Shown piece after piece: positions 48,818 through 58,053 of a DNA stretch of 58,053 nucleotides. The stretch lies in NCBI GenBank assembly GCA_040220235.1, contig JAVJTO010000151.1. One strand, 5' to 3'. The stretch is from Coleofasciculus sp. B1-GNL1-01 (GTDB taxonomy: Bacteria > Cyanobacteriota > Cyanobacteriia > Cyanobacteriales > Coleofasciculaceae). Numbering within the stretch: the first letter of the stretch is position 1; each line of letters begins with the position of its first letter. The notes under the pieces are model-generated. The model saw nothing but the letters and a program-made list of their open reading frames with translations, was not told the DNA's origin and searched no databases. The translations under genes and the position numbers were made by a program.

Positions 48818-50284
48818 ATGAGTAATCCCGCTCCATCAGATTCTCCAGTTCCACCAAAACCAGCCCAACCTGAAAAACTTAATCTTTCCACGAAAATGGC
48901 TTACGGGGCGGGTGATATGGGGGCGGGGATTACGGCTACCCTATTAGCCTTCTCCTTACTGATTTTCCTGACCAATGTAGCTGGATTAAGTCCAGGGTTA
49001 GCCAGTACGGTGCTGTTAATCGGCAAAATCTGGGACGCGATTAATGATCCCATTGTCGGACTATTAAGCGATCGCACTCGGTTCCGTTGGGGACGACGCC
49101 ATACCTGGATGATCCTATCAGGTATTCCCTTTGGTGTGTTCTTTTTCCTGCAATGGGTTGTACCCCCTATCAATCAGTTGGCGCTGTTTTGGTATTACGT
49201 GATTGTCAGTATTTTATTCAACATGGCGTTTACAGGTGTCAATTTGCCCTATACCGCATTGACGCCAGAACTGACTCAAGATTACAACGAACGTACCAGC
49301 TTGAATAGTTTTCGCTTTGCCTTCTCCATTGGTGGGAGTATTCTCTCCTTAGCCTTGGGTCAATTTATCTTTGAAGCTATTCCCAATGATCAAACACAAT
49401 ATCTAGTATTAGGACTCATCTGTACACTTCTGTCTGTTTTACCCACCTATTGGTGCGTGTGGGGAACCACAGATCCAACGGCGGCGGGGGAACGGCGATC
49501 GCAGCAAACGGTGGAGGAGAGTAATGAAACGGAAATCCCTTTTTTAGAACAGCTAAAAATTGCCTTTAGCAATCGTCCTTTTCTGTATGTCATCGGGATT
49601 TATCTGTTTTCTTGGTTAGCCTTTCAGTTAACAGCGGCGATTATTCCCTATTATTTGGTTAACTGGATGGGTCAAGAGTCCTATTTTACCGCCGCGTTAG
49701 TGGTTCAATGTGTAGCCTTAGTGATGCTTTTTGTCTGGAACTGGGTGAGTCAGCGCGTCGGTAAACGGGCAGTTTATTTTATGGGAATGAGTGCCTGGAT
49801 TGTCGCCCAAGGCGGATTATTTTTTTTACCACGGGATCAGGTTGGTTTAATGTATCTCCTCTTTGTCATGGCAGGGTTTGGCATTGCCATTGCCTATCTC
49901 ATCCCTTGGTCAATGTTACCCGATGTGATTGAATTAGATGAACTAAATACGGGTCAACGGCGCGAGGGAATATTCTATTCGTTTATGGTACTCCTGCAAA
50001 AAATGGGATTAGCGTTGGGGTTGTTTCTCGTGGGACAAGCGCTAGATTTTGCGGGGTTTTTGAGTAGTGAACCGGGTCAACCGATACCAGAACAACCTGC
50101 TTCGGCGTTGCTAGCGATTCGGTTAGTGGTTGGTCCATTGCCTACCGTTTTCTTACTTTGTGGATTAATTTTGGCATATTTCTATCCCATCACTCGCGAA
50201 GTTCATGCAGAAATTCTGTTACAGCTTCAGGAACGCAAGTCGGGTACTGATACTTCTGCTGACGAAGGTTTGGAACTGGAGTGA
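48818..50284 (+). CDS. GPH/MFS_2 (MelB-like) sugar:cation symporter
   Basis: KMAYGAGD, WDAINDPIVG..SDRT..WGRR, PYTALTPELT, DVIELDELNTGQRREG and YPITRE motifs. Confidence 0.92.
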   Translation: MSNPAPSDSPVPPKPAQPEKLNLSTKMAYGAGDMGAGITATLLAFSLLIFLTNVAGLSPGLASTVLLIGKIWDAINDPIVGLLSDRTRFRWGRRHTWMILSGIPFGVFFFLQWVVPPINQLALFWYYVIVSILFNMAFTGVNLPYTALTPELTQDYNERTSLNSFRFAFSIGGSILSLALGQFIFEAIPNDQTQYLVLGLICTLLSVLPTYWCVWGTTDPTAAGERRSQQTVEESNETEIPFLEQLKIAFSNRPFLYVIGIYLFSWLAFQLTAAIIPYYLVNWMGQESYFTAALVVQCVALVMLFVWNWVSQRVGKRAVYFMGMSAWIVAQGGLFFLPRDQVGLMYLLFVMAGFGIAIAYLIPWSMLPDVIELDELNTGQRREGIFYSFMVLLQKMGLALGLFLVGQALDFAGFLSSEPGQPIPEQPASALLAIRLVVGPLPTVFLLCGLILAYFYPITREVHAEILLQLQERKSGTDTSADEGLELE

Positions 50285-50429
50285 CGCTGTGACTCATAAA
50301 AATTGGCAACTCTGTAAGAATTAGAGCCGTTTAAACCCGGTATAGCAATGATGTCACAGTTTGCTGATGTTCCGTAAATATACTCAAGCAACTGTTCACA
50401 TTGAGCAGTTTGCTCTAGGAACAAGCTGA

Positions 50430-50671
50430 TACAAATGCCTCAATCCAAGAGCGGAAACTTTTCCGAACGCCTCCGTTTGGAGTACGCCGCCATTTAGGTG
50501 GGGGAGAGCCTGTGGACTGGTTGACCCTTCGACTTCGCTCAGGGTCAACACCGAGCGACGTCGAGGTGTTGAGTGCCGTCACTGTCAGGATGAAGCAGGA
50601 AGTAAAGCAAGTAAGCGGCACAGTTGTCCACTTGTGGGTAGCTTTGAGTCCGTTTTATGTAACTGTAACGG
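50430..50671 (+). mobile_element. Remnant of a tnpB 3' end / right end (IS607-like), interrupted by an SDR5-like double hairpin
   Basis: GCCTGTGGACTGG..[insert 50524-50571]..AGTGCCGTCACTGTCAGGATGAAGCAGGAAG reads ACGL..SAVTVRMKQE, resembling cyanobacterial TnpB C-termini; upstream aatgcctcaatc (NASI). Confidence 0.55.
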
Positions 50672-50851
50672 TTCTCCATCTTTGGATTCAAGAGAAATCT
50701 ACATTGGGAGGTATAGGCAATTTGTCAAATAATTGTTACAGTTTTTAATATAGCTTGGGAACGGTTGACCCGTTCGCAGAACATAGCCCTTGCCAAATGC
50801 AGGCTTGTGTCATCTGAACGTCCATTTTTTCTAGCATTCAAGGAGATAACC

Positions 50852-51037
50852 ATGTCCCAACCCATGCAACTTTCCCTAGAACAACAATTTAATATCCGCT
50901 CGTTTGAAACCCAGGTGCAGAAAATGAGCCGTGAGCAAGCTCAAGACTTTCTGGTTAAGCTTTACGAGCAAATGATCATGCGTGAAAATATGTACAAGGA
51001 GTTTCTCAAACATGAATGGGGTCTAGAACCCAGTTAA
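50852..51037 (+). CDS. nblA: Phycobilisome degradation protein NblA
   Basis: MSQPMQLSLEQQFNIRSFETQVQKMSREQAQDFLVKLYEQMIMRENMYKEFLKHEWG; AGGAG RBS. Confidence 0.96.
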   Translation: MSQPMQLSLEQQFNIRSFETQVQKMSREQAQDFLVKLYEQMIMRENMYKEFLKHEWGLEPS

Positions 51038-51371
51038 AAGTACGAGCAGTGGTCCCTGTGTAGTGGGCGACCTCCGTCTCTTGCTCGGTTCCTACGGTGG
51101 AAAGGGGCTGGGGATGCTGGGGCGTCAACTCTAGTAAGGCTTTGGTCGGAATGGAATAAGTTATAAGTAATGCGTCATCAAGCGTTGGATTGATTGGCTC
51201 AAAGGCTTCATTCTCTAAAACACACAACGCCACATCAGTGAAAAGAGAGTGTAGCGAACTGGCTGAAATGATTAGCTCAACAATGATTTAGTACAATTAA
51301 GCAAGAATATTCTATTCGGTTAGAACTCTAACCACAAAACGCGAAAACCAAGCGCACTAACAAAATATACT

Positions 51372-51573
51372 GCCTGTGGAAGACGGGCGGCTGCCTGTTG
51401 ACGCCCTTGTAAGACCATCACCGGATTCAGTTCCGGACTTTCTCACTTGCTGAAAGTACCCAACGTGGCATCGGCGGATGAAACGGGAAATCCCGAAGAC
51501 GAATAAAACCGTCCTTGATTTTTGCTAAGGTTGGGAAGCCCCAACTTCAGCGGATCTTGTTGGGGTACTTCAC
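51372..51573 (+). mobile_element. Remnant of a tnpB 3' end / omegaRNA-like right end (IS605/IS1341-like)
   Basis: GCCTGTGGA..GTAAGACC..GATGAAACGGGAA..GAAGCCCCAACTTCAG..GTTGGGGTACTTCAC terminal hairpin; no intact tnpB ORF. Confidence 0.55.
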
Positions 51574-51675
51574 TCATAGACATCCCCTAAGCGGTAAGCT
51601 TGAATCCGTAAGCAGCCCAACGCCAAACCTGCTTTGACGCTGGGATCTGTGATAAAACAAACATTTTCCTATCTT

Positions 51676-52554
51676 ATGTTTCAGCGTTGCTTAATTTGCA
51701 CCGATTTTGCCGATGGTTTGTATCGGTTGGTTGAGTTTGTACCCAGTTTAGCGGCTAATGGTATCCAAAGGATTATCTTTCTTCATAGCGTACCGTTGTG
51801 GGAGGAAGGGGAAATTCCCCGGATAGATGAGGAAGGAATTACCCGCGCTCGCGATCGCCTGCAAGCTGGATTGACAACTATACCAGAGGGTGTAGAGGTT
51901 CACATCGAAGTTGTCTCAGGGCGTCCTTTGGATAATATACCCAAAGTTGCCAAACGTTACGAAGCCGATGTGATTCTGACGGGGATGGAAAGCCGCAATT
52001 TTTTACAAGAAAAGCTGTTTGGTAGCACTACAGCCGGATTAGCGAGGAACTATACCACTCCTTTGCTGATCCTGCGTCCCCAACTGGTTTCGACTTATAC
52101 CTGTGAAGAACTCGAGCTGCGCTGTCAACATTTATTCCGTTATTTTCTGATTCCTTATAACGGCGGTAAAGCGTCGGAGTATCTGTTGCAAAAGGTGAAA
52201 GCTTATGCTCAAAAGCGCCCGGATCACTCACTCTCTGAGTGCTTGTTAATGTGGGTGATTGAAGAAGTGGGGCGTAAACCTGTTTCCAAGGAACAACAAG
52301 TCCAAGTCGCACAAGAAAAGCTGAAGCAGATTAAAGCGGACTTAGAAGCGCTGGGTTTGCAAGTTAAGACCGAAGTCCGAGTTGGTAATCCTTATCGGGA
52401 AGTTTTAGATGCGGCGACAGTGTTTGACATCAGCGCGATCGCGGTTTCCTCTGAAACAATCGGCAGTATTATTGAATTGCCTATCCGTAGCTTTGCTGGG
52501 GAATTAATGCGGCGTAGTTGGCATCCCGTTCTCTTCTTTCCACCACCGAGTTAA
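51676..52554 (+). CDS. Universal stress protein (tandem Usp domains)
   Basis: MFQRCLICTDF, ADVILTG..LFGSTT..PLLILRP; second domain EVRVGNP..PVLFFP. Confidence 0.9.
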   Translation: MFQRCLICTDFADGLYRLVEFVPSLAANGIQRIIFLHSVPLWEEGEIPRIDEEGITRARDRLQAGLTTIPEGVEVHIEVVSGRPLDNIPKVAKRYEADVILTGMESRNFLQEKLFGSTTAGLARNYTTPLLILRPQLVSTYTCEELELRCQHLFRYFLIPYNGGKASEYLLQKVKAYAQKRPDHSLSECLLMWVIEEVGRKPVSKEQQVQVAQEKLKQIKADLEALGLQVKTEVRVGNPYREVLDAATVFDISAIAVSSETIGSIIELPIRSFAGELMRRSWHPVLFFPPPS

Positions 52555-52577
52555 ATTGGTTGATCAGGGAACTTCTG

Positions 52578-53549
52578 CTATACTAGCTTGGCGAAGCCCT
52601 GCCGTAGCTGTTGCGTTCGCTGCCTGAGTTCAGCAATCAACTCCTCTTCTCCCAAGACAACACCACCTCTGGTAATTTGTTGCTTCGCTTGAAGTTTGTG
52701 CGCCAGTTGATGGCAGAGCTGACATTTGCCTAAAATACCCATAATTGATGGGGAAAATTTCGCAAAAACGAATTCATCTTCTGAAGTAAATCCCTTTTTG
52801 TCAATTCGCTGCGATAAGTCTTCGTGAGGGTTTGAATGAGGTTTGAGCTTGTTGATAAATTGGGCAACAGCAACAACCTCTTTTTGGCGATTCAACAGGG
52901 GCCACGCCAGGATGGTATAAGTGCGGTACCCTGTTTTTTGATCCGTTTTCTTCGCTTGTTCTGAACGGGGGTCGTCGTAGACATCAAAGGGAATATTGAT
53001 CATGTTGGACGAGCGGGCAGCTAAACCAACAATTCCCTTATTCATGGGGATATCAATGATTAAGGAACCCCCTTTGCCATCCTCAGCGATTAAAGAACCA
53101 ACTTCCTTCTTGTGCTGATCGATTAAAAAGATACTGGCGCGATCGGCACTCAGCAAGTCTCCTGCTTTACGAGTGATACGACCTAACATTTCACAAAGAG
53201 TGCGTACCAAATCCTGTAACGCTTTATCGACCGTGTCTTTTTCGACGGAAAAATAAGAGCTAATTTGATTCTCACCCGAATTGAAGGCTACAGAAGATAC
53301 AGAGGTGAGCGATGATTCTTGTCCCTCCAAGCCAGCCACTTCTCGCCAATCCAGTCCTAATAGCTGACAAATTTGCAGAAAATTTAGCCGATTAACGGGT
53401 TGACCTTTGAGAAAAAGATTATTAATTACAATAGGCAGCGAACGACCTAGCTGTTCAGCTAGCTCTTGCTCTTGTCCGTTACTCTTATATCTCCAAGCTT
53501 GTTCGACAGCTTGGATATATTTAGGGTGCACACTCAATGTTTTTGACAT
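52578..53549 (-). CDS. XRE-like HTH + GAF domain protein (start 53549 or 53579)
   Basis: N-terminal QELAEQLG..FLKGQPVNRLNFLQICQLLGLDWREVA; GAF with ADRASIFLID, DVYDDPRS, DQKTGYRT and NK...FTSEDE. Confidence 0.85.
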   Translation of the reverse strand: MSKTLSVHPKYIQAVEQAWRYKSNGQEQELAEQLGRSLPIVINNLFLKGQPVNRLNFLQICQLLGLDWREVAGLEGQESSLTSVSSVAFNSGENQISSYFSVEKDTVDKALQDLVRTLCEMLGRITRKAGDLLSADRASIFLIDQHKKEVGSLIAEDGKGGSLIIDIPMNKGIVGLAARSSNMINIPFDVYDDPRSEQAKKTDQKTGYRTYTILAWPLLNRQKEVVAVAQFINKLKPHSNPHEDLSQRIDKKGFTSEDEFVFAKFSPSIMGILGKCQLCHQLAHKLQAKQQITRGGVVLGEEELIAELRQRTQQLRQGFAKLV

Positions 53550-53653
53550 ATAGGAGCAGCGGAAATCTAACGTAATCATACAATAGCTTTTCCGGAACTA
53601 GCATCAGCCAATTGGCTGAAGATGATTACGTTATTTGTCTTAGATTGAGGATC

Positions 53654-53795
53654 GGGGAACGGGGAACAGGGAACAGGGAACAGGGAACAGTGAACAGTGA
53701 ACAGGTAAGGTAGAACTTTGGGTCAACTTCCCCATCTCCCTCATCTCCCCCAGCTCCCCCGGCTCCTGATAACTGATAACTGATAACTGATAACT
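53654..53795. repeat. Mixed STRR arrays (AGGGAAC)n, (CCCCATCT/CCCCAGCT)n and (TGATAAC)n
   Basis: Tandem heptamer and short repeats visible between the GAF gene and mrdA. Confidence 0.85.
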
Positions 53796-53825
53796 CCCCC
53801 ATCTCCCCGACACCCAACACCCGAC

Positions 53826-55616
53826 CTACTTTTCCTTCTCCTCCGGGGACTTGGCATCAAAGTAAGCTTCCAACACCTGCTTAACCATCGGTGCAGCTAC
53901 AGAACCGCCACCACCACCGGAATGTTCAGCAAAAGCGACCACGACAATCTCGGGTTTATCGAATGGCGCAAAGGCACCAAACCAAGCGTGAGGCTTTCCA
54001 GGTGGCGCTTCGGCTGTACCACTCTTTCCAGCTATCGGCGGTAGATGAGGCACATTTAACACTTGTCCCGTACCACCAGCAACCACAGCTCGTAATCCCT
54101 TACGTAGTGTCTCTATCGTTGAAGGCTTCATTTCCATTGACACCCGCCAATTGCTTAACGCCTCATTGTCCTTACGTAAATGCGGTTTAACTCGATAGCC
54201 ACCATTCGCCGGAACCGCAAACATGACTGCCACTTGCAGGGGTGTCGCTTGCGTAAATCCCTGACCAATAGACATATTCACGGTATCCCCAACTGTCCAT
54301 TCCCAGTTGAAGCGCTCCCGCTTCCAGGTATCATCGGCAATCAAACCCGCCGCTTCTTCAGACAACTCAATTCCCGTGGGTTGACCAAATCCATAGTTCC
54401 TTGCCCATTTAATCAGAGTTGGTCCACCTACCCCTTTGCCAATTTGACCATGAAACGTATTACTACTCCACGCCATAGCTTGCTGGTATCCCAACGGACC
54501 AAAACCGGCACGGTTCCATTCGCCAAAGGCTGTACCCCCAACATTCAAGGCGGCAAAGGTGGGTAAAACGGTACCTGGTCCAAATTTCCCCGACTCCATA
54601 CCCGCTGTTTGGGTCACCACCTTAAACGTACTCGCCGGGGGAAATCCGCGCATCGCCCGATTGACAAATGGATTGCCTTTCCCTTGCAATTGCTTCCACA
54701 TATCTGGAGTAATCCGGCTGGAGAAAATATTGGGATCGAATGTAGGGCGGCTAACCATCGCTAACACTGCCCCATTTCTGGGATCAAGGGCGACAATCGC
54801 ACCCTTTTGATTGCCCAATGCGGCTTCGGCTGCCTTCTGGGTCTTTAAATCAAGGGTAATTTGCAGGTCTTTACCTGATTTTGCCTCTTTCTCACCCAGA
54901 ATACTCAGAACTCGACCTGCACCATCAACTTCAACTTGTTGACCCCCCCATTCTCCCCGCAGGGTTGGTTCAAAGGCTTCTTCAACTCCCATCTTTCCCG
55001 CTACATCGCCCATGCGATACCCGTCGTCGAGACGTTGTGCGAGTTCTCGATCATTCAGTTCCCCGGTATATCCCAAAACGTGAGCAGCTAAATCCCCATT
55101 GGGATAATCCCTAACGGCTTCGATATCCACCTCGATGCCGTCCAGTTGATGGCTATACTCCTGTAAAGCGGTGATTTGGGCAGGTGAAAGCCCCCGTTCA
55201 ATTCGGATCAGCGAGGGTGAATCAAAGCCAGCCCGTTCGACTCGTTTTTGAATCTCATCTTCGGGAATAGTTAACAGTTGGGACAAACGTTGGCGCGTTT
55301 GGGGCCATTCGGTTTTTTTCAGTGCCACGGGCCATAAGAACACTGAATGAGACAAGCGAGAGCTGGCAAGCACTTTGCCCTTACGGTCGAAAATATTGCC
55401 CCGCACTGGTTGCTTCGGTATCAGCCGAATCCGGTTATTTTCAGCCAGTTGTCGGTTACGTTCTCCTTGAACCAACTGTAAGTACGCCAGACGAGAACCC
55501 ATTGCCCCGACTAGGAACAAACTGACAATCAGCATGACAATGACCGATTGGTAATTGCGTCCAACGGTACGGGGTGTCGTTTGGCGACCTCCGGAATAGG
55601 GCTGAATCACGGTCAT
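53826..55616 (-). CDS. mrdA: Penicillin-binding protein 2
   Basis: N-terminal TM; RGNIFDRKG; STFK (SxxK), SSN and KSGTAE motifs; HAWF. Confidence 0.95.
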   Translation of the reverse strand: MTVIQPYSGGRQTTPRTVGRNYQSVIVMLIVSLFLVGAMGSRLAYLQLVQGERNRQLAENNRIRLIPKQPVRGNIFDRKGKVLASSRLSHSVFLWPVALKKTEWPQTRQRLSQLLTIPEDEIQKRVERAGFDSPSLIRIERGLSPAQITALQEYSHQLDGIEVDIEAVRDYPNGDLAAHVLGYTGELNDRELAQRLDDGYRMGDVAGKMGVEEAFEPTLRGEWGGQQVEVDGAGRVLSILGEKEAKSGKDLQITLDLKTQKAAEAALGNQKGAIVALDPRNGAVLAMVSRPTFDPNIFSSRITPDMWKQLQGKGNPFVNRAMRGFPPASTFKVVTQTAGMESGKFGPGTVLPTFAALNVGGTAFGEWNRAGFGPLGYQQAMAWSSNTFHGQIGKGVGGPTLIKWARNYGFGQPTGIELSEEAAGLIADDTWKRERFNWEWTVGDTVNMSIGQGFTQATPLQVAVMFAVPANGGYRVKPHLRKDNEALSNWRVSMEMKPSTIETLRKGLRAVVAGGTGQVLNVPHLPPIAGKSGTAEAPPGKPHAWFGAFAPFDKPEIVVVAFAEHSGGGGGSVAAPMVKQVLEAYFDAKSPEEKEK

Positions 55617-56095
55617 AGTAAACGGCTTCTCAACTCTCTTTAGTAGTTTGTACTCAGTCTAGCTAGTGTTGATTGTGACGCTTTTTTCACAGAAGTGGCT
55701 TATCTGTGCCAAACTAGGTCGTTAACCCAGTCGCATCAAGGTGAAATAATAGCGCATCCTTTCCTCAAATGCATTCGCTGTAGATGTTCCTGACCGAAAA
55801 AAGGCAGAGGACAGAGGGTAAATAGCCTCAAGGAAAAAGTCCCCAAGAGATAAAGGGGGTAACAAAAGCGGATTTGGTATTATCCTGATGCTGAAGACAA
55901 TCTTCTGGTTCCAGAGCTAAAAGGCTACGTCTGGGAGCGGTGAAATTTTTAGCGGGTCAATTCTTTGAAGCCACCCCGCCAGGTTAGTAGACAGATAAAA
56001 TAGACCCAAGTATAAAAAAAAGGATTAACGAATTCACATTGGATCGGGTTTCATTGGTTAAATCAGGGCGACTTTGCGCTAGTGAATGAATTATT

Positions 56096-57229
56096 ATGTT
56101 TCAACCTTCCGTTAAAGACCAACGCGCTCCGGATACTACGGCTGAGCTTGATGTTGAACTCCGCAAGGTTTTCAAGGTTTTCAATGGCGAGACAGCGGTT
56201 CGGGGAATTGACTTGAAGATCCGACGGGGAGAATTTTTTAGTATTCTCGGTCCCTCAGGTTGCGGTAAAACGACTACCCTGCGCTTAGTGGCAGGATTTG
56301 AGTCTCCGTCTGCAGGTGAGGTTTTGATTCAAGGGCAACCCATGAATCACATACCTCCTCACCGCCGACCTGTCAATACAGTATTTCAAAGTTACGCTCT
56401 ATTCAATCACCTGACGGTTGCAGAAAATGTCGCCTTCGGGTTGCGACTGAAAAAGCTCAAGGGAACAGACATTGAGGAGCGAGTCAAACAAGCCCTCAAA
56501 CAGGTGCAAATGGAAACTTATAGCAATCGATTTCCGGCTCAACTGTCTGGCGGACAACAACAACGGGTAGCATTAGCACGAGCCTTGGTGAATCGTCCTA
56601 CTGTTCTATTGTTGGATGAACCCTTGGGAGCTTTAGATTTTAAGCTTCGCAAAGAAATGCAGGTGGAACTATCCAACTTGCATCAGGAGTTGGGGTTAAC
56701 GTTTATTATGGTGACCCATGACCAAGAAGAAGCCTTGAGCCTATCTGATCGGATTGCCGTGATGGAGGCGGGAAAAATTGAACAAGTGGGCAACCCCACT
56801 GAAATCTACGAACGTCCCCGTACCCCCTTTGTGGCTGATTTTATCGGTGATACGAATCTGTTTAAGGGTCGCCTGCACGCTGCCGATGCCTCTACGCTAC
56901 AGATTATCACGCCCAGTGGTTTAGAGATAGTTGTGCAATCCCCTGACGCCAAAGAATGGATGAGTAACTCTAAGGAAATGGTGGTTAGCGTGCGTCCGGA
57001 GAAAATTCGCTTGAGTCTTTCACCACCCAACTCAACCGTGAATTGCTTTGAAGGTCGTCTCAAACATGTTATGTATCTGGGAACTCACGTTCACTTGGTC
57101 GTGGAACTCCTAACCGGCGATCGCCTGACGGTTATGCTGCCGAATAATGCTATGAACAAGCTACCCGAACCCCATACCTCAGTGTACGCCCGTTGGGCAA
57201 CGACCGATTGTATCGCGTTAGAGGAGTAA
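56096..57229 (+). CDS. potA: Spermidine/putrescine ABC transporter ATP-binding protein
   Basis: GPSGCGKTT, VNTVFQSYALF, LSGGQQQRVALARAL and VTHDQEEAL; C-terminal TOBE domain. Confidence 0.9.
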   Translation: MFQPSVKDQRAPDTTAELDVELRKVFKVFNGETAVRGIDLKIRRGEFFSILGPSGCGKTTTLRLVAGFESPSAGEVLIQGQPMNHIPPHRRPVNTVFQSYALFNHLTVAENVAFGLRLKKLKGTDIEERVKQALKQVQMETYSNRFPAQLSGGQQQRVALARALVNRPTVLLLDEPLGALDFKLRKEMQVELSNLHQELGLTFIMVTHDQEEALSLSDRIAVMEAGKIEQVGNPTEIYERPRTPFVADFIGDTNLFKGRLHAADASTLQIITPSGLEIVVQSPDAKEWMSNSKEMVVSVRPEKIRLSLSPPNSTVNCFEGRLKHVMYLGTHVHLVVELLTGDRLTVMLPNNAMNKLPEPHTSVYARWATTDCIALEE

Positions 57230-57234
57230 TTACT

Positions 57235-57642
57235 ATGGCATCATCAGGAGTCAGGTTGTTTTTAGCCGAATTGGAGTCGCACTGTAACTCGAGTGCGATC
57301 GCGACGTTCCTTAATAGTGATGGAGAGTCATTTGCCATTGACCTTAATCGTCAGGGACATAAGGTAACCTATGGAACGAATTTGGATATCAAGGAATTCT
57401 TTGTCGCCAAACTTTTGGGGGGGTGTCAACCTCATGGTTCGTTGATCCTGCGTTCGTTTACGCCGGATATTGACGAATTTACCCAGTTACCCATCAAAGA
57501 ATTACGGGGCTATGTTCTGCAAGGGACAGGGAATGATCTCGAATTTGAGAAACTTCCCCCCAAGGTGATGTTTGCCTGTCACAACACCGATGCTGAAACT
57601 GGGGAACCTTTGCCCCTAGAACAATCTGTCCGCTATTGCTAA
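57235..57642 (+). CDS. Hypothetical protein
   Basis: 135 aa from ATG 57235 with GAGGAG RBS, 5 bp after the potA stop. Confidence 0.75.
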   Translation: MASSGVRLFLAELESHCNSSAIATFLNSDGESFAIDLNRQGHKVTYGTNLDIKEFFVAKLLGGCQPHGSLILRSFTPDIDEFTQLPIKELRGYVLQGTGNDLEFEKLPPKVMFACHNTDAETGEPLPLEQSVRYC

Positions 57643-57671
57643 AGTTGTTGTTCGTCCTTTGTCATTCGTCC

Positions 57672-57699
57672 TACTCGCTTTCATCGAGAAGCAAGCTAC
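57672..57699 (-). repeat. SDR-like element GTAGCTTGCTTCTC...AGCGAGTA inside an STRR tract
   Basis: tactcgctttcatcgagaagcaagctac; sister copies at 34301 and 34381. Confidence 0.7.
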
Positions 57700-57821
57700 G
57701 TCATTTGTCCTTTGTCCTTCATCAGGGAACAGGGAATAGGAAATTCTAGAACGCTCATTGTTATTTACCCTGGGTTAGTTGACCAATAACCGTTAATCAT
57801 TGATTGTTAGTAAGGTCAAAG

Positions 57822-58053
57822 CAATGACCAATGACCAATGACCAATGACCAATGACCAATGACCAATGACCAATGACCAATGACCAATGACCAATGACCA
57901 ATGACCAATGACCAATAACCAATGACCAATGACCAATGACCAATGACCAATGACCAATGACCAATGACCAATGACCAATGACCAATGACCAATGACCAAT
58001 GACCAATGACCAATGACCAATGACCAATGACCAATGACCAATGACCAATGACC
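57822..58053. repeat. Long STRR array (CAATGAC)n, about 33 copies, running off the window end
   Basis: Near-perfect heptamer tandem with one CAATAAC variant near 57913. Confidence 0.97.

Noticed and set aside
50415..50748. ORFs 50415-50621 and 50512-50748
   Set aside because: They cross a palindromic insert and an IS-end-like remnant; best explained as decayed tnpB tail, not genes.
50655..50760. NtcA box upstream of nblA
   Set aside because: No exact GTA-N8-TAC was found; tgtcaaataattgttaca has the wrong spacing.
53626..53820. 64 aa ORF
   Set aside because: Composed of STRR translations (SVISYQL, CSLFPVP).
57793..58048. Three ORFs reading (VIGHWSL)n
   Set aside because: They are translations of the heptamer STRR array in all three frames, not genes.

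Overview
58 kb of filamentous cyanobacterial chromosome. Evidence for the lineage: dense HIP1 GCGATCGC octamers, STRR heptamer arrays, nblA, and a PAS-LOV-adenylate cyclase with the architecture of mPAC from Coleofasciculus/Microcoleus chthonoplastes. The backbone is mostly housekeeping and stress genes: menF, menA, lipA, radC, mrdA, potA, cax, an SPS-type glycosyltransferase, GH13/GH57/GH3 hydrolases and three tRNAs. Two accessory loci stand out. (1) At the left end, a caspase-STAND-TM-WD40 gene lies divergent from a small-protein + 2TM-protein pair (CATRA-like conflict system). (2) A 7.5 kb island between convergent tRNA-Val(CAC) and tRNA-Pro(CGG) holds an HTH-iSTAND/MoxR/vWA/effector system with a broken effector, plus a stand-alone HUH(Y1) transposase. 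The most unusual signal is a ~50 bp double-hairpin repeat in 8 copies around that transposase. Copies also lie in the spacers after the MoxR, vWA and effector genes, and every copy site carries a local tandem duplication involving the same end of the repeat; one such duplication starts at the tRNA-Pro 3' end. Other candidates are two orphan TnpB-3'-end/omegaRNA-like remnants flanking nblA, a structured leader on the SPS-type gene, an 11-bp-phased operator array, a P450 between menF and menA, an HTH-GAF protein, and several MITE/REP/SDR families. All family assignments come from motif recognition, not database searches.
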